Origin: a virus
Lineage: Duplodnaviria; Caudoviricetes
Virus record (IMG/VR): IMGVR_UViG_3300025674_000056
Span: 1-53,365 of that record
Reading direction: 5' to 3' (one strand)
Length of the DNA: 53,365 nucleotides
A model generated the notes under the pieces. The model had not been told where the DNA came from. It did not search any database and saw only the letters and a list, made by a program, of their open reading frames with translations. Below are positions 1-9,258 of the stretch, piece by piece (position 1 is the first letter of the stretch; every line of letters begins with the position of its first letter). The translations under genes and the position numbers were made by a program.

Positions 1-1928
1 GTATGCCCTTTGATTTGGCTTTTCTGAGCATCTGTCAGGACGCCATTACCGATCTCTCGATCCAGGGTCCTATCTACCAAAGCATCATAATGATCCCTGC
101 CTGTAGGCACTGATTCTCCATCAACTTCCCTGGTTGCGGAACCATACATCTTAGAAGCTTGTACTGAACCTGTTCTAGCAGTATCAGATTCGCTTTGCAT
201 GTTTTTAATGCTTGGCCCAATGATGCGAGTGCCCTCTAATTTCTCGTAAGGAAATCCTTGTAGAATTTTAGCTGCTTGACGGGCAATCTTCGCTTTACCT
301 TTTTTAGTACTTCTAAGCTTGGCCCATTGTTTTTTGGTATATCTGTCACGAACTCTTGCTAGAGCTAATGTTGTGAATAGCTCTCTATCATCCTCATTCT
401 CAAACTCTGGGCCATTTTCTCCCCTGGTAACCTTGCCTACAGTCCGCAACTCAACTTTTTGATCGGAGGTTCCTTGTAGGATTGTGGTATCAAGATTCGC
501 ATCAGGTGAAATAAACGAAACGGTATCCGCTCTCTCGGACATTATGCTTTCTTGACCCATGCCCATAGAGAGAACGATATCACCCTCTTGTAGGTTGAGA
601 GCCCTTTTATACTCATCATTTCCGCGAGCCATATCCCTCAAAAGATTCTTCAAAAAGATAGGCGCACTTTCATTATCCTCAATTTGTTGAGCAATGGATT
701 CGAGCGTCTCGTAGGTCTCAGAATCGACAGGGGTGTCAGGGTCTTTCATCAGTTCGGGGTTAACACCAAACTCCTCCAAAGCCTCCTTAAGTTTTTTAAG
801 GTGCTGTTTTTTTCGTCGGGGCGACGTTTCGTCTTCGGCAAGAGAGGCAAGGTGAACAAGCTCCTCTAGCTTTCCGATTGCATCGTTTCCTGAAGAAGCA
901 CCTGCTTTTGATTTTTGCACCGAATCAAAAGTATCAAGATCTTCTGCACTTACATTCTCAATATCAACTCCTTCAGGTACAATTTTAGCATCCCTTAAGA
1001 TAGCGCCAAGGGGGTCTAGAGAGTTCCCTAGAGAGAATCCGTAGTTACTGTCACCATACTCAGACGCATTTTCTTGAAGGACTTCGTACCCAGGAACTGC
1101 CTCTCCAGGACGGCCAAAGTATACGGAGCCGTTGTTTCTAACAGTGATGATTTTGAGGGCTTCTCTCTCTTCACCTGTAAGCCCTACAATGACCTTCTTT
1201 CCATCTACAGTCCTAACCTTTTGGGCGATGTTGACGAGCTGTTCAGTGGCGTTGGAGAGGGCTTTACGACCTTCCTTACTTATCTCGGGAGGATTATCTC
1301 CCATAATCCAACTTACAAACCTTCCAATCTTAGAGCTTTCGTTAGGGGTGTTGATTTTATTTTGAAGATTGGATAGGAACCCTACAACACCACCCTTTAC
1401 TCCAAGCTCCTCTAAAAAGGGAGTGGTATCTTCAATGAATCCTGGGGAAAACTCAATTCGCTCCTGGGCTGCTAACTCCTCGGGGGTTGGCGAACCGTCT
1501 CCACCTTCAGCGCCATCCTTCTTCTTTTTTTTGGGGTCTCCTGCCTCCTCACTCGCTCCCGCTATCAACTCCTCTAAAGCCGCCGTCACATCTGGTATTT
1601 TTGCCGCGGTAACGGATCGCGGCTCCCCAGGAGCGACTGAAAATGCGATGCCCGCAGTTGTCGCCTCAACCGCTCCGTACTCTTGACCTACTAATATCTG
1701 AATCGCCTGCTGGGGAGTGTTTTGGCCTTGACCAGCCTGTGCAGAACCTATGTTGTTTAGTAGAGTTTGATATTTCTGTACCGCAGATTGAGGATCCTTT
1801 TCGATGGACCCCAAGCCTAACTGCCCTTTCCACCACTTGGAACCCTCCTCGATTATCTGGAGTGACCAAGTTCTTTTCCGCATACCTGAGTAGGACCCAA
1901 GCAGCCTTTCAAACACGCTTTCAGACAT
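1..1928 (-). CDS. Large hypothetical protein (>640 aa, 3' end outside window); possible head-associated protein with a PD-(D/E)XK-like region
   Basis: Not in the ORF track because no stop codon lies in the window. Manual translation from ATG at 1928 gives MSESVFERLLGSYSGMRKRTWSLQIIEEG..., open wherever spot-checked down to position 3 (...VLTDAQKSQIKGH). Preceded by AGGAG and a CTAAATA motif. Confidence 0.8.
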   Translation of the reverse strand, partial: MSESVFERLLGSYSGMRKRTWSLQIIEEGSKWWKGQLGLGSIEKDPQSAVQKYQTLLNNIGSAQAGQGQNTPQQAIQILVGQEYGAVEATTAGIAFSVAPGEPRSVTAAKIPDVTAALEELIAGASEEAGDPKKKKKDGAEGGDGSPTPEELAAQERIEFSPGFIEDTTPFLEELGVKGGVVGFLSNLQNKINTPNESSKIGRFVSWIMGDNPPEISKEGRKALSNATEQLVNIAQKVRTVDGKKVIVGLTGEEREALKIITVRNNGSVYFGRPGEAVPGYEVLQENASEYGDSNYGFSLGNSLDPLGAILRDAKIVPEGVDIENVSAEDLDTFDSVQKSKAGASSGNDAIGKLEELVHLASLAEDETSPRRKKQHLKKLKEALEEFGVNPELMKDPDTPVDSETYETLESIAQQIEDNESAPIFLKNLLRDMARGNDEYKRALNLQEGDIVLSMGMGQESIMSERADTVSFISPDANLDTTILQGTSDQKVELRTVGKVTRGENGPEFENEDDRELFTTLALARVRDRYTKKQWAKLRSTKKGKAKIARQAAKILQGFPYEKLEGTRIIGPSIKNMQSESDTARTGSVQASKMYGSATREVDGESVPTGRDHYDALVDRTLDREIGNGVLTDAQKSQIKGH

Positions 1929-1931
1929 TAC

Positions 1932-1969
1932 AAAAAAATATAGCTCCTAATATATTTAGGAGCTATATT
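1932..1969 (-). terminator. Intrinsic terminator after the tail tube gene (14-bp perfect stem, then T-run)
   Basis: Arms 1937-1950 (AATATAGCTCCTAA) and 1956-1969 (TTAGGAGCTATATT) are exact inverted repeats with a 5-nt loop. On the minus strand the stem ends in a run of 7 T. Confidence 0.75.
1953..1959 (-). promoter_or_regulatory. Late-promoter-like motif CTAAATA
   Basis: Resembles the T4-type gp55 late promoter (TATAAATA). Lies 24 nt upstream of ATG 1928, across the hairpin loop. Confidence 0.55.
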
Positions 1970-1990
1970 AAAGTCTGTTAGGTAATTAAA

Positions 1991-2668
1991 TCAGCCGATC
2001 GGAGCAAGAATATCTTCGAAGACCGAATCACCATTCTTGAAGTAGCCAACCATGTCGTAGCGAACAGTACACTCGATGGAGTGGAATTCGTTAGCGGAGT
2101 AGTTGAACTCAGCGAGTCGCCAGTTCTTGCAGTAGGCACCGTACATACGGGCCACGAACTGAGGCTTGCGGTTGTTGTCTAGCAGCACAACATCAATCGT
2201 GCGCTTGAAGCCGCCGCCTCCTTGCAGAGCAGCACCTGCCACTTCGCTTGTAACGGAAGTGGAGTGGGTGCCTGTGATGGGATCGTAGGTGGTCCGCATC
2301 CAGTTGAAGAGAGCTTTGGCTGCATCGCCTTTGAGCAGGTTGTCGAAGGTGATTACTGTTTCCTCGGTCGAGGGACGACCAGGATAGTAGAACTTATCGT
2401 TCACACGGTCAACCATGATGTCTTCAACGTTGTAGCCAATTTGGCCTACCTGCTTGGCAGCAAGGGTCAGAACGTTATCAGGATCGGTGAGACCTGTGTT
2501 CGCGAGAATACTGCCTACAACACCGCCGACTCCATTGATTCGGATTAGCCAGCTATAGGCGCGGTAAGAGTCGTATCGGTGGAAAAGCTCGGTTCCCGCT
2601 GTGGCTCCAGCAACATCAAGAACGCGACCTGTTTCCCCGAAGAAGTCTGATAAACTGACATTAACCAT
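1991..2668 (-). CDS. gp19: Tail tube protein (T4 gp19-like)
   Basis: Directly follows the sheath gene. Motifs KFYYPGR..EETVITFD, 'VVLLDNNRKPQFVARMYGAY' and 'EFNYSANEFHSIECTVRYD' fit tube proteins. AGGAGA RBS. Confidence 0.85.
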   Translation of the reverse strand: MVNVSLSDFFGETGRVLDVAGATAGTELFHRYDSYRAYSWLIRINGVGGVVGSILANTGLTDPDNVLTLAAKQVGQIGYNVEDIMVDRVNDKFYYPGRPSTEETVITFDNLLKGDAAKALFNWMRTTYDPITGTHSTSVTSEVAGAALQGGGGFKRTIDVVLLDNNRKPQFVARMYGAYCKNWRLAEFNYSANEFHSIECTVRYDMVGYFKNGDSVFEDILAPIG

Positions 2669-2686
2669 GTGTATTGTCTCCTAAAT

Positions 2687-2693
2687 TATATAG
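2687..2693 (-). promoter_or_regulatory. Late-promoter-like motif CTATATA
   Basis: In the 27-nt gp18/gp19 intergenic gap, upstream of the AGGAGA RBS. Confidence 0.5.
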
Positions 2694-2695
2694 CA

Positions 2696-4891
2696 TTAAG
2701 TGGTCGGGAGGTCAAGTCCCAGGGTTGCACTTGTGAGGTTAAGTTCGAAGACGATAACTTCCGCAGCCTTGGTGGGCTGTAGGATTACTTTGCACCACAG
2801 TTCGTTTCGGTCGATTCGAATCGGGGTGTTGGTAGTCGCATCGCAGATAACCTTGAAATCCACAACTCCTCGGCGGCTCTTGATATCGGCCATAAGGGGC
2901 TCGACAGCATTGGTGACCCGCTTCCAAGTTGCAGCGTCGTTGGGCTCGAAGACGAACTGGCGGGTAGAGGCCAGAAGCATCTTGCGAATAACAATCATCA
3001 GGCGTCGAACGTTGATGCGGTCAAGCGCCGTAGCTGCACGCTGCGTAGTACGCTGACCCCAAAGAACAATGCCTTCAGTGAGGAACTTCTGAACAGGGTT
3101 GATGACGTTGCCAGGACCGTAGAGAGCATCTCGGTCGCCCTGTGTAAGTACAAGCTCGACATCGACGGGCTTCGTGAGGCGACCGCGAACCAGACCCGCA
3201 GGAGCGAACCAAGCATCAAAGTTAGCATCAGTGAAGGCCATCTGACGGATGGCGAAGATGTCGGGAGAGACGTACTCGTCAACCTGTGTGAAGGGGTTGA
3301 AGAGCTTAACCCAAGGCCAGTACACAGCAGCGTAAGAGCTATTCAGAGCGGCTGTACGACCTTCTGCCGCGCCGTTAGACCAAGCAATCGCGTTCTGCGG
3401 AGAGCTAATACCAAAGGGCGGGTTGGTTACAAAGAGATACTCCTGAGAGGTCTCAGCGATCGAGACGGCGTTGTTTACAATGTTCTGCTCTGTGCAGCCA
3501 GGAATGACGAGCAGGGAGATATCGACATCCTCTTTGAGGTAGGAGTAGATTCCAGTGTTTTGCGCGGCATCACCAATCACAGCCGCCTTCACATCAGCGT
3601 CGGAGAAGGTCTTACCGCTCAGGTCACCATTCACACCCCCCGCGAAGCTGTAGGTTCCGTCAACAAGTTTGGCGTAAACAAAACCTGAGGGAGCGCCACT
3701 TGCATTTGTCCCTGAATTGTTAACTGCTGAGAGAGTATCAGTTCCGTTTTCACCGAACCCGCCGCCCCATGCAGAGGGCAAAGTCCAAAGAACATCATCT
3801 CGGCTGGACAAGTCTACGGCAAATTCGCCAACGATGTAGTCAGAGGTTTTGTTTGTTTCGTCTGTAGTGCTGTTGATAACAGCCTCAGGGTTCAGGTCGA
3901 TCCCTGTAGTATCCTTAACTAGCTGGACTCGGTTAGACTCTTCAGCACCACCGCCAATCAACAAGTTGAATGTGGTGTCTGCGGCCTGAGAGGCTACTAC
4001 GCTATCTTGAAGACCTGTAGTTTTTAGACCGTAAGAGGTAACTAGAGAACTGTAGTTATACCCAGCACCAGGGTACAGGGTGCGTGTAACGTAGGCTCCT
4101 CCTGAGAGGTTATCGGGGATGAGGGTAAGGCCAGAGCTAGTAACCCCGCCACTACCATCGCCCGACCCGACGTAGCCAAAGCCGCTGTGCGAGCTAAGGG
4201 CTACTGAGTTGGTTGAAGAGAAAGCAGTAGCGTCAAAACTTGCAAGATCTGAGATGGCCGTGCCCGCAGGAATGCTTGGGAATGCGGAGTCGTGCTGCCA
4301 AGCGTAAACCTTTACGGTCGCACCAGAGCCCGCGTAGCTTCCAATGAAGTCTCCAGCCGAAGCAGCGGTCTTACGGAAACTGAAGGGTGAGGTCGGGCTA
4401 GTTGACTGGTTTACAGCCGTTACTACAGCGTCTGCTGCCGTCGCGCCGGAGAAGTAAGAACTCGCCTGAAGAACGCTCACGAACTGAGGGGTAGTTGTTT
4501 TCGAGTTACCCGCACCGTCTTCTACCTCAATGGCGAAGAAGCTGAACTTAGCGGGATCAAGATCCTGGGCTGTGGCAACATGAGGGCAGTTACCGATATG
4601 AACGCCAACATCGGCCACTTCAGCATCGTCGGTGTTTACGCGAGTGAAGTATACCGTGTTCGTGCGATCAAGAATGTGATACGCACCAATGATACCTTGA
4701 CCGCCTTCGACATCATCAGGACGGCCAAAGGTGGTGAGTAGTTGGTCAGCGTTGGTGATGAGGGTTGCCTTTCCGGTAGGACCTTGAGAGGCGAAACCCA
4801 TTACACCAACGTTTGTTGAGTTTAGAGAGGGGCTGTAGTCTGACCAGTCCTTCTCAATTACATAGACTCCGGGGCTTACATATGCGGGCAT
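2696..4891 (-). CDS. gp18: Contractile tail sheath protein (gp18-like)
   Basis: N-terminal SPGVYVIEKD and FGRP. C-terminal SSYAAVYWPW, WFAPAG..RG, RDALY..INP, WGQRT, RINVRRL and FEPND. Confidence 0.97.
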   Translation of the reverse strand: MPAYVSPGVYVIEKDWSDYSPSLNSTNVGVMGFASQGPTGKATLITNADQLLTTFGRPDDVEGGQGIIGAYHILDRTNTVYFTRVNTDDAEVADVGVHIGNCPHVATAQDLDPAKFSFFAIEVEDGAGNSKTTTPQFVSVLQASSYFSGATAADAVVTAVNQSTSPTSPFSFRKTAASAGDFIGSYAGSGATVKVYAWQHDSAFPSIPAGTAISDLASFDATAFSSTNSVALSSHSGFGYVGSGDGSGGVTSSGLTLIPDNLSGGAYVTRTLYPGAGYNYSSLVTSYGLKTTGLQDSVVASQAADTTFNLLIGGGAEESNRVQLVKDTTGIDLNPEAVINSTTDETNKTSDYIVGEFAVDLSSRDDVLWTLPSAWGGGFGENGTDTLSAVNNSGTNASGAPSGFVYAKLVDGTYSFAGGVNGDLSGKTFSDADVKAAVIGDAAQNTGIYSYLKEDVDISLLVIPGCTEQNIVNNAVSIAETSQEYLFVTNPPFGISSPQNAIAWSNGAAEGRTAALNSSYAAVYWPWVKLFNPFTQVDEYVSPDIFAIRQMAFTDANFDAWFAPAGLVRGRLTKPVDVELVLTQGDRDALYGPGNVINPVQKFLTEGIVLWGQRTTQRAATALDRINVRRLMIVIRKMLLASTRQFVFEPNDAATWKRVTNAVEPLMADIKSRRGVVDFKVICDATTNTPIRIDRNELWCKVILQPTKAAEVIVFELNLTSATLGLDLPTT

Positions 4892-4906
4892 TTTAGTGTT
4901 CTCCTA

Positions 4907-5095
4907 TTAGACGTTTGTAATCTTCACCATTTGGCGTTGCTCGATATTCCGAATGAGTTGAGTAACGGCGTTAGCGGGAATGACGACAGATTTCTTGGAC
5001 TCCAACCAAATGTGGTCGTACTGTCCAGAGGGTTGGCGTGCAACAATCTCAAGACCTTGGTGAGTTAGGTTTTTGATTTTTACGTGATTGGTCAT
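4907..5095 (-). CDS. Small hypothetical protein (62 aa)
   Basis: Fills the gap between gp15 and gp18. GAGG RBS and CTAAATA motif upstream. Confidence 0.75.
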   Translation of the reverse strand: MTNHVKIKNLTHQGLEIVARQPSGQYDHIWLESKKSVVIPANAVTQLIRNIEQRQMVKITNV

Positions 5096-5112
5096 TAGAT
5101 TTACCTCTATTG

Positions 5113-5119
5113 TATTTAG
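5113..5119 (-). promoter_or_regulatory. Late-promoter-like motif CTAAATA
   Basis: Intergenic, 17 nt upstream of ATG 5095, heading the sheath/tube unit. Confidence 0.6.
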
Positions 5120-5150
5120 ACAGGATAGTGTCCAGGTAACGTAGATTTTT

Positions 5151-5891
5151 TTAACTTGATTTAGGCAAGGGGGCTCCTTTACCTAGAAAACTTTCCAATG
5201 TCTCAAGACCGTTTGTCTCTTCGAGGTAGACCTCGTAGTTCATCGTAACGATTTCTCCTGTATTGGTAAACTTAAAAACCTTGCTTGGTATGTAAGATTC
5301 CACATTGAAACGAACGATCCTTTTGAGAACGCGATCTTTTTTATCACCAATGTCTACCTGAAAAGAATCAGACACATCCTTGATGAAGGACTGGTAGACT
5401 TCATCAGGTCGAATATCAATCGGAAGGTTAGGACGGAACTTGAGAAGTACCTGCTCCGTAAGTTGGTTCACCTCTTCGACGTACTTACCCCAGATATTGA
5501 CAGCGAAGGATAAGTTTGCTGCCACAGGCGCAAGCGCCATGTAACGCACGGCTCTCTGCTTATCAGAAAGCCAATACTTTTTTTCGACCAAAGCCTCCAT
5601 GGGCTTTCTACGATCATTGGCAAGTTCAATGCCATCTAGTTGCAAAGACAGAAGAGGTAGCTGAGTAGACTTACCCTCCATGATCTTAGCGATGGCTCGC
5701 TCAGGGTTGGCGTAAATGATGTCTACAGTACGCAGCGTCTCATCGCCTTTCAAAACTTGAAGGTCGCCAAAAAGCTCTTTGATTCGTCGTGTAAATGCGC
5801 GATAGAAATCAGGCTTTTGAAACGTTGCAGTGTCTCGCAATGCCTGCATCTCATCACGGATCGCATCAATTGTCCAGTATGCGCCAGCCAT
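5151..5891 (-). CDS. gp15: Tail terminator / sheath stabiliser (gp15-like)
   Basis: Follows gp13-gp14. 'VDIIYANPERAIAKI...QLPLLSLQ' and 'APVAANLSFAVNIW...QLTEQVLLKFRP' match the gp15 pattern. Confidence 0.75.
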   Translation of the reverse strand: MAGAYWTIDAIRDEMQALRDTATFQKPDFYRAFTRRIKELFGDLQVLKGDETLRTVDIIYANPERAIAKIMEGKSTQLPLLSLQLDGIELANDRRKPMEALVEKKYWLSDKQRAVRYMALAPVAANLSFAVNIWGKYVEEVNQLTEQVLLKFRPNLPIDIRPDEVYQSFIKDVSDSFQVDIGDKKDRVLKRIVRFNVESYIPSKVFKFTNTGEIVTMNYEVYLEETNGLETLESFLGKGAPLPKSS

Positions 5892-6445
5892 TAGTACACC
5901 TCATCCTGCGGGAAAGCTTCATCTGTGCGAAGAATATCTTCATCGTCGCGAAGGACCCTTGCAGCACAGCTTAGATGATAAACGCCATAAACATCGAACT
6001 GATCTTCTTGAACCTCGAAGACTTCGTACTTGAGGTTTTGGAACTGAGGCTGTAGAATATCTCCTGGGATGAGAGGGCGTCCAACAAGTTTCTCGATATA
6101 ACTTTTGTTAAACGTAAAGATCTGCTCGCTAGTAACTTCGATGCCAAACTCAGTAAGGTTTTCTTCTAACGCCTGAGGCTCGTAATGGCCTTGAAGTACG
6201 ACGGGGGTATTAGAGATCGTCTTCTGGGAAGCCTCTCCATACAGATCGTCAGCCATACTCTCTCGCCGGAAAAACTTATACAGCAGAATCTTGGAGCCGC
6301 CAAGACGAATAAGCTCGTCGTCCACCATATTAAACAGTTCAATGTCGGGGTTCTCCAGGTCGTATAGATTCAACATATCGTTGAACTCCGACGCGGTGTC
6401 CCCTACGATTTCATGATTCGTTCTGAACTGTTTTCTTTTCGACAT
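5891..6445 (-). CDS. gp14: Neck / head-closure protein (gp14-like)
   Basis: 'DDLYGE', 'LTEFGIEVTSEQIFTF' and 'PGDIL...KYEVFEV' motifs, and position after gp13. Confidence 0.85.
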   Translation of the reverse strand: MSKRKQFRTNHEIVGDTASEFNDMLNLYDLENPDIELFNMVDDELIRLGGSKILLYKFFRRESMADDLYGEASQKTISNTPVVLQGHYEPQALEENLTEFGIEVTSEQIFTFNKSYIEKLVGRPLIPGDILQPQFQNLKYEVFEVQEDQFDVYGVYHLSCAARVLRDDEDILRTDEAFPQDEVY

Positions 6446-7317
6446 TAGAAGGTACTAAATGCGGGAGGCTCTTCAATCTCGGTCATTAGCTGCTCGACAA
6501 GTTGCTCTTGCTCTTTATTGCCTTGTTCTATCAAAGCATCGCCGTTCAACGTCGCGCCTCCAGCAGGAGAAGGCAACTGCTGATACTTACCGCGAATCTG
6601 TCCCAGGATCACCTTGCAGATAGCAAGGCTGAATCGCTGAATCCAGTTAACAAAGTATGGGTGCAGAGAAGTACTATCAATCGCCTTGAACTCCACAAGA
6701 ACTTCTTCAGCAATGGTGGGAGGAGGTGCGATGTTTAGATATTTATTGTTTACAATATTAAACGTACCGTCGTTACCGAGAATCTTTCTCATCATCTCCA
6801 GGTGTGAGATGGTGACATAGTAATCTCCTACAGAGAAATCCCTGAATAAGAAGTTATCTTGAAAGTACTTGATAAAGAAATCAAACTCTAGAGTTCCATT
6901 ACCTTGGCTGAGACTTAAAAGATTCTTTCGGTATACTGCGTTTCTAAAGTTATTTGTTACTACCGAAGGTAGTTCGTACAAAGAAACACCGCTCCTAGTT
7001 GCAAAGGTGCAGAATTGAGTACACCAGTCAGGTGCATGGTAGTCTAGCTTTGAGATAGCCTCGTCAATTGCCGTCTGGATCTGAAAATCCGTAAGCTCTA
7101 CTCGAACAACAGGAAAGCCTAAGCGCGCTAAAACAAAATCTTTAATCGACTCATAGAAATCTGAGAAATGGGCCTCATTCTTAAATCGACGACGATTCAT
7201 ATTATCGTAATCGACATCGCCAGGATAGTCCCATTGCTCTAGGATCGAATAACTTCCGCTCACTTGACCGAAAGTATTGCCATACCTAGTTTGAGGTTTG
7301 AAGGGCCTATAACTCAT
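6445..7317 (-). CDS. gp13: Neck / head-tail adaptor protein (gp13-like)
   Basis: 'LARLGFPVVRVELTDFQIQTAIDEA' and C-terminal 'LGQIRGKYQQLPSPAGGATLNGDAL'. Confidence 0.9.
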   Translation of the reverse strand: MSYRPFKPQTRYGNTFGQVSGSYSILEQWDYPGDVDYDNMNRRRFKNEAHFSDFYESIKDFVLARLGFPVVRVELTDFQIQTAIDEAISKLDYHAPDWCTQFCTFATRSGVSLYELPSVVTNNFRNAVYRKNLLSLSQGNGTLEFDFFIKYFQDNFLFRDFSVGDYYVTISHLEMMRKILGNDGTFNIVNNKYLNIAPPPTIAEEVLVEFKAIDSTSLHPYFVNWIQRFSLAICKVILGQIRGKYQQLPSPAGGATLNGDALIEQGNKEQEQLVEQLMTEIEEPPAFSTF

Positions 7318-7321
7318 CTAC

Positions 7322-7558
7322 TCACTCCTTCTCAGTAGTGGTCTTGCGGCGGCGAGCTTTTGTCGTTTTTTCTACGGTGGTTTCTTCAGTGGTAGTTTCG
7401 GTTACAACAGGGGCTTTGGCTTTAGCGCCTTCAACTTTAACGAAGCTAGGAGTTGAAACAAGCTCATCCAGTTCAAGGGTGCAAAGACCGTCCAGTGTAA
7501 TTACGCCTTTGGATGTCCATAACCGAACGGGCGTTTGTTGGGTGTTAATATATTTCAT
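7322..7558 (-). CDS. Small hypothetical protein with Lys/Thr/Glu-rich tail (78 aa)
   Basis: GGAGG RBS and own CTATATA motif. Fills the gap between gp23 and gp13. Confidence 0.75.
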   Translation of the reverse strand: MKYINTQQTPVRLWTSKGVITLDGLCTLELDELVSTPSFVKVEGAKAKAPVVTETTTEETTVEKTTKARRRKTTTEKE

Positions 7559-7574
7559 AACATATCCTCCAATG

Positions 7575-7581
7575 TATATAG
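7575..7581 (-). promoter_or_regulatory. Late-promoter-like motif CTATATA
   Basis: Immediately downstream of the gp23 terminator and 16 nt upstream of ATG 7558. Confidence 0.55.
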
Positions 7582-7622
7582 AGAAATAAAGAGAGCCGCA
7601 CTTGAAAAAGCACGGCTCTCTT
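7582..7622 (-). terminator. Intrinsic terminator after the major capsid gene
   Basis: Minus strand reads AAGAGAGCCGTGCT-TTTTCA-AGTGCGGCTCTCTT then TATTTCT: 10 perfect bp plus 4 bp including G-U pairs. Confidence 0.8.
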
Positions 7623-7645
7623 ATTAGTTAGTTAGTGGGGATTAC

Positions 7646-9244
7646 TCAGGAGTTACCACCAACAGCACCCGGACGGAAGAGGAAGTTGCTACCCGCACCG
7701 ATGATTCGGATGATACGGAAGAAGCGAGACTCGGGAGTCACAGCAGCCTTGCCGTAGCGAGTGAGCAGACCCTTGCGGGGCTGGAAGGTCTCAGGATCAG
7801 TGATCGTGGGAAGCATCTGGAGTGGGATGTACGGAGAGTACACGAAGCCCGCGTCCATTGGGGAGCTACCCTTGTAACCCATGAGAATTTCGTCATCGGG
7901 GTAGAGAGGATCGACGTAGACATCGAACATGCCCTGGAGTTTACCAGCGTAGTTGATGTTTGCGCCAAGCTGACCTTCCCAGTTACCAGCCCTGACACCG
8001 CCCTCAAGCTTGGAGGCAGAGTTAAGGATAGCAGCGACGAACGGAGAGGTGATGATGTAGTTACCAGCACCACGGTAGGTCGTCTTGTAGATGTCCTGCG
8101 AAGCGAAGTTCAGGGTAGCGAGAAGGTTCGCGTAAGCCTGACCAACGTGACGGGGAGCAAGGTTGAGCGCCGTCGAAGCAAAGTCTACGAAGAAGACGTT
8201 CTTGCGGGTCTGGTAAAGACCGCCGCCTGGAGCCTGTCCAGCACCAGTGATGTCATAGGTGAACGAGCTAGGATCGAAAGCCTGACCATTTCGACCAGCA
8301 CCCGTAATCAGGTTGCTGTTAGGCATGTCCATCAGGCTGCGCTCGAATCCACCACCAGTGATGTCGTAAGCAATACCGCGCATATCCTCGATAAGCTCAC
8401 GGTCAATCTCAAGGGCAACTTCCTTACCGAGAAGGTCAGTAAGTTCACGCTCAAGATCGAGGTTGTGGTAAGCACGAAGGTCCTGAGCCGCCTCAAGAGT
8501 CCACAGAGCGCGGAACTTACGAGTACGGGCAGTAACGGGCTGCTGCTCGATATGGAAGTTAATCTCAGGGATTACTCCGTTTGGAGTAGCGTCAAATGCA
8601 GAGATATCTGCAAGTGTGCTAAGTCCCGTGGGGAAGTTAATTGTTTTACCAAGAACCTCACCGCTCGAAACGTCGAAGCCGACAGTCGTCGAGGAAAGGG
8701 GGAACGAAGCAATTTGACCACCAACGGTAGCAGAAGGACGCGAAACGTCACCAGAGAGCAGGCCGCTCGTGGTGTTCAGCGCCGAAAGCTCGCCAGTATC
8801 AACAAGGTCATCGAGCGAGGACCCAGTAGCGTACTGAGAGCTTGCGTCAAGGATGGTCCGCTGAGCGTAGGTAAGGTCGTACTTGCCGTAGATAGTCTGA
8901 CGACGCTCATCAGTCAGGCGGTCGTATCCAAGATAGAAGATCTGGGAAACAGGACCCTGCATGGGCTGAACGCCAACAACTTTGTTAGCAATGAGTTCGG
9001 GGAAGACCCGACGAACAAGTGGGAAGGCAAATTTCTGGAACGTGCCAATGGAGCCAACGGTAGTTGGCCCTGCGCCTGGGGTCGCCTCGGAGAGCATTCC
9101 ATCCTTTTGAGACTCGTTCAGAATATGACGAGCTTGGTTCTCAAGTAGGACGGCGGTAGTCTCACGAGTGTACGAGTCGCTGACACCTTCGAGAATCGGA
9201 CTCCACTTATCAACTAGAGTTTGCGATGTTTCTTTGTTTAACAT
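7646..9244 (-). CDS. gp23: Major capsid protein (T4 gp23 family)
   Basis: KWSPILEG, TAVLLENQ, LVRRVFPELIA..VGVQPM.GP, ARTRKFRALWTLEAAQDLRAYH, YSPYIPL and DPETFQP...TRYG. TAAGGAG RBS. Confidence 0.98.
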   Translation of the reverse strand: MLNKETSQTLVDKWSPILEGVSDSYTRETTAVLLENQARHILNESQKDGMLSEATPGAGPTTVGSIGTFQKFAFPLVRRVFPELIANKVVGVQPMQGPVSQIFYLGYDRLTDERRQTIYGKYDLTYAQRTILDASSQYATGSSLDDLVDTGELSALNTTSGLLSGDVSRPSATVGGQIASFPLSSTTVGFDVSSGEVLGKTINFPTGLSTLADISAFDATPNGVIPEINFHIEQQPVTARTRKFRALWTLEAAQDLRAYHNLDLERELTDLLGKEVALEIDRELIEDMRGIAYDITGGGFERSLMDMPNSNLITGAGRNGQAFDPSSFTYDITGAGQAPGGGLYQTRKNVFFVDFASTALNLAPRHVGQAYANLLATLNFASQDIYKTTYRGAGNYIITSPFVAAILNSASKLEGGVRAGNWEGQLGANINYAGKLQGMFDVYVDPLYPDDEILMGYKGSSPMDAGFVYSPYIPLQMLPTITDPETFQPRKGLLTRYGKAAVTPESRFFRIIRIIGAGSNFLFRPGAVGGNS

Positions 9245-9258
9245 AATTTAAAAGCTCC

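Noticed and set aside
684-1981. Several short ORFs (684..869, 1074..1376, 1132..1365, 1369..1686, 1643..1981, 1666..1869)
   Set aside because: They are shadows of the long minus-strand ORF starting at 1928.
8147-9148. 333-aa plus-strand ORF, and similar long antisense ORFs at 11003..11626, 34725..35459 and 42379..42987
   Set aside because: They lie entirely antisense to well-supported genes. Codon bias explains the lack of stops and they have no recognisable motifs.
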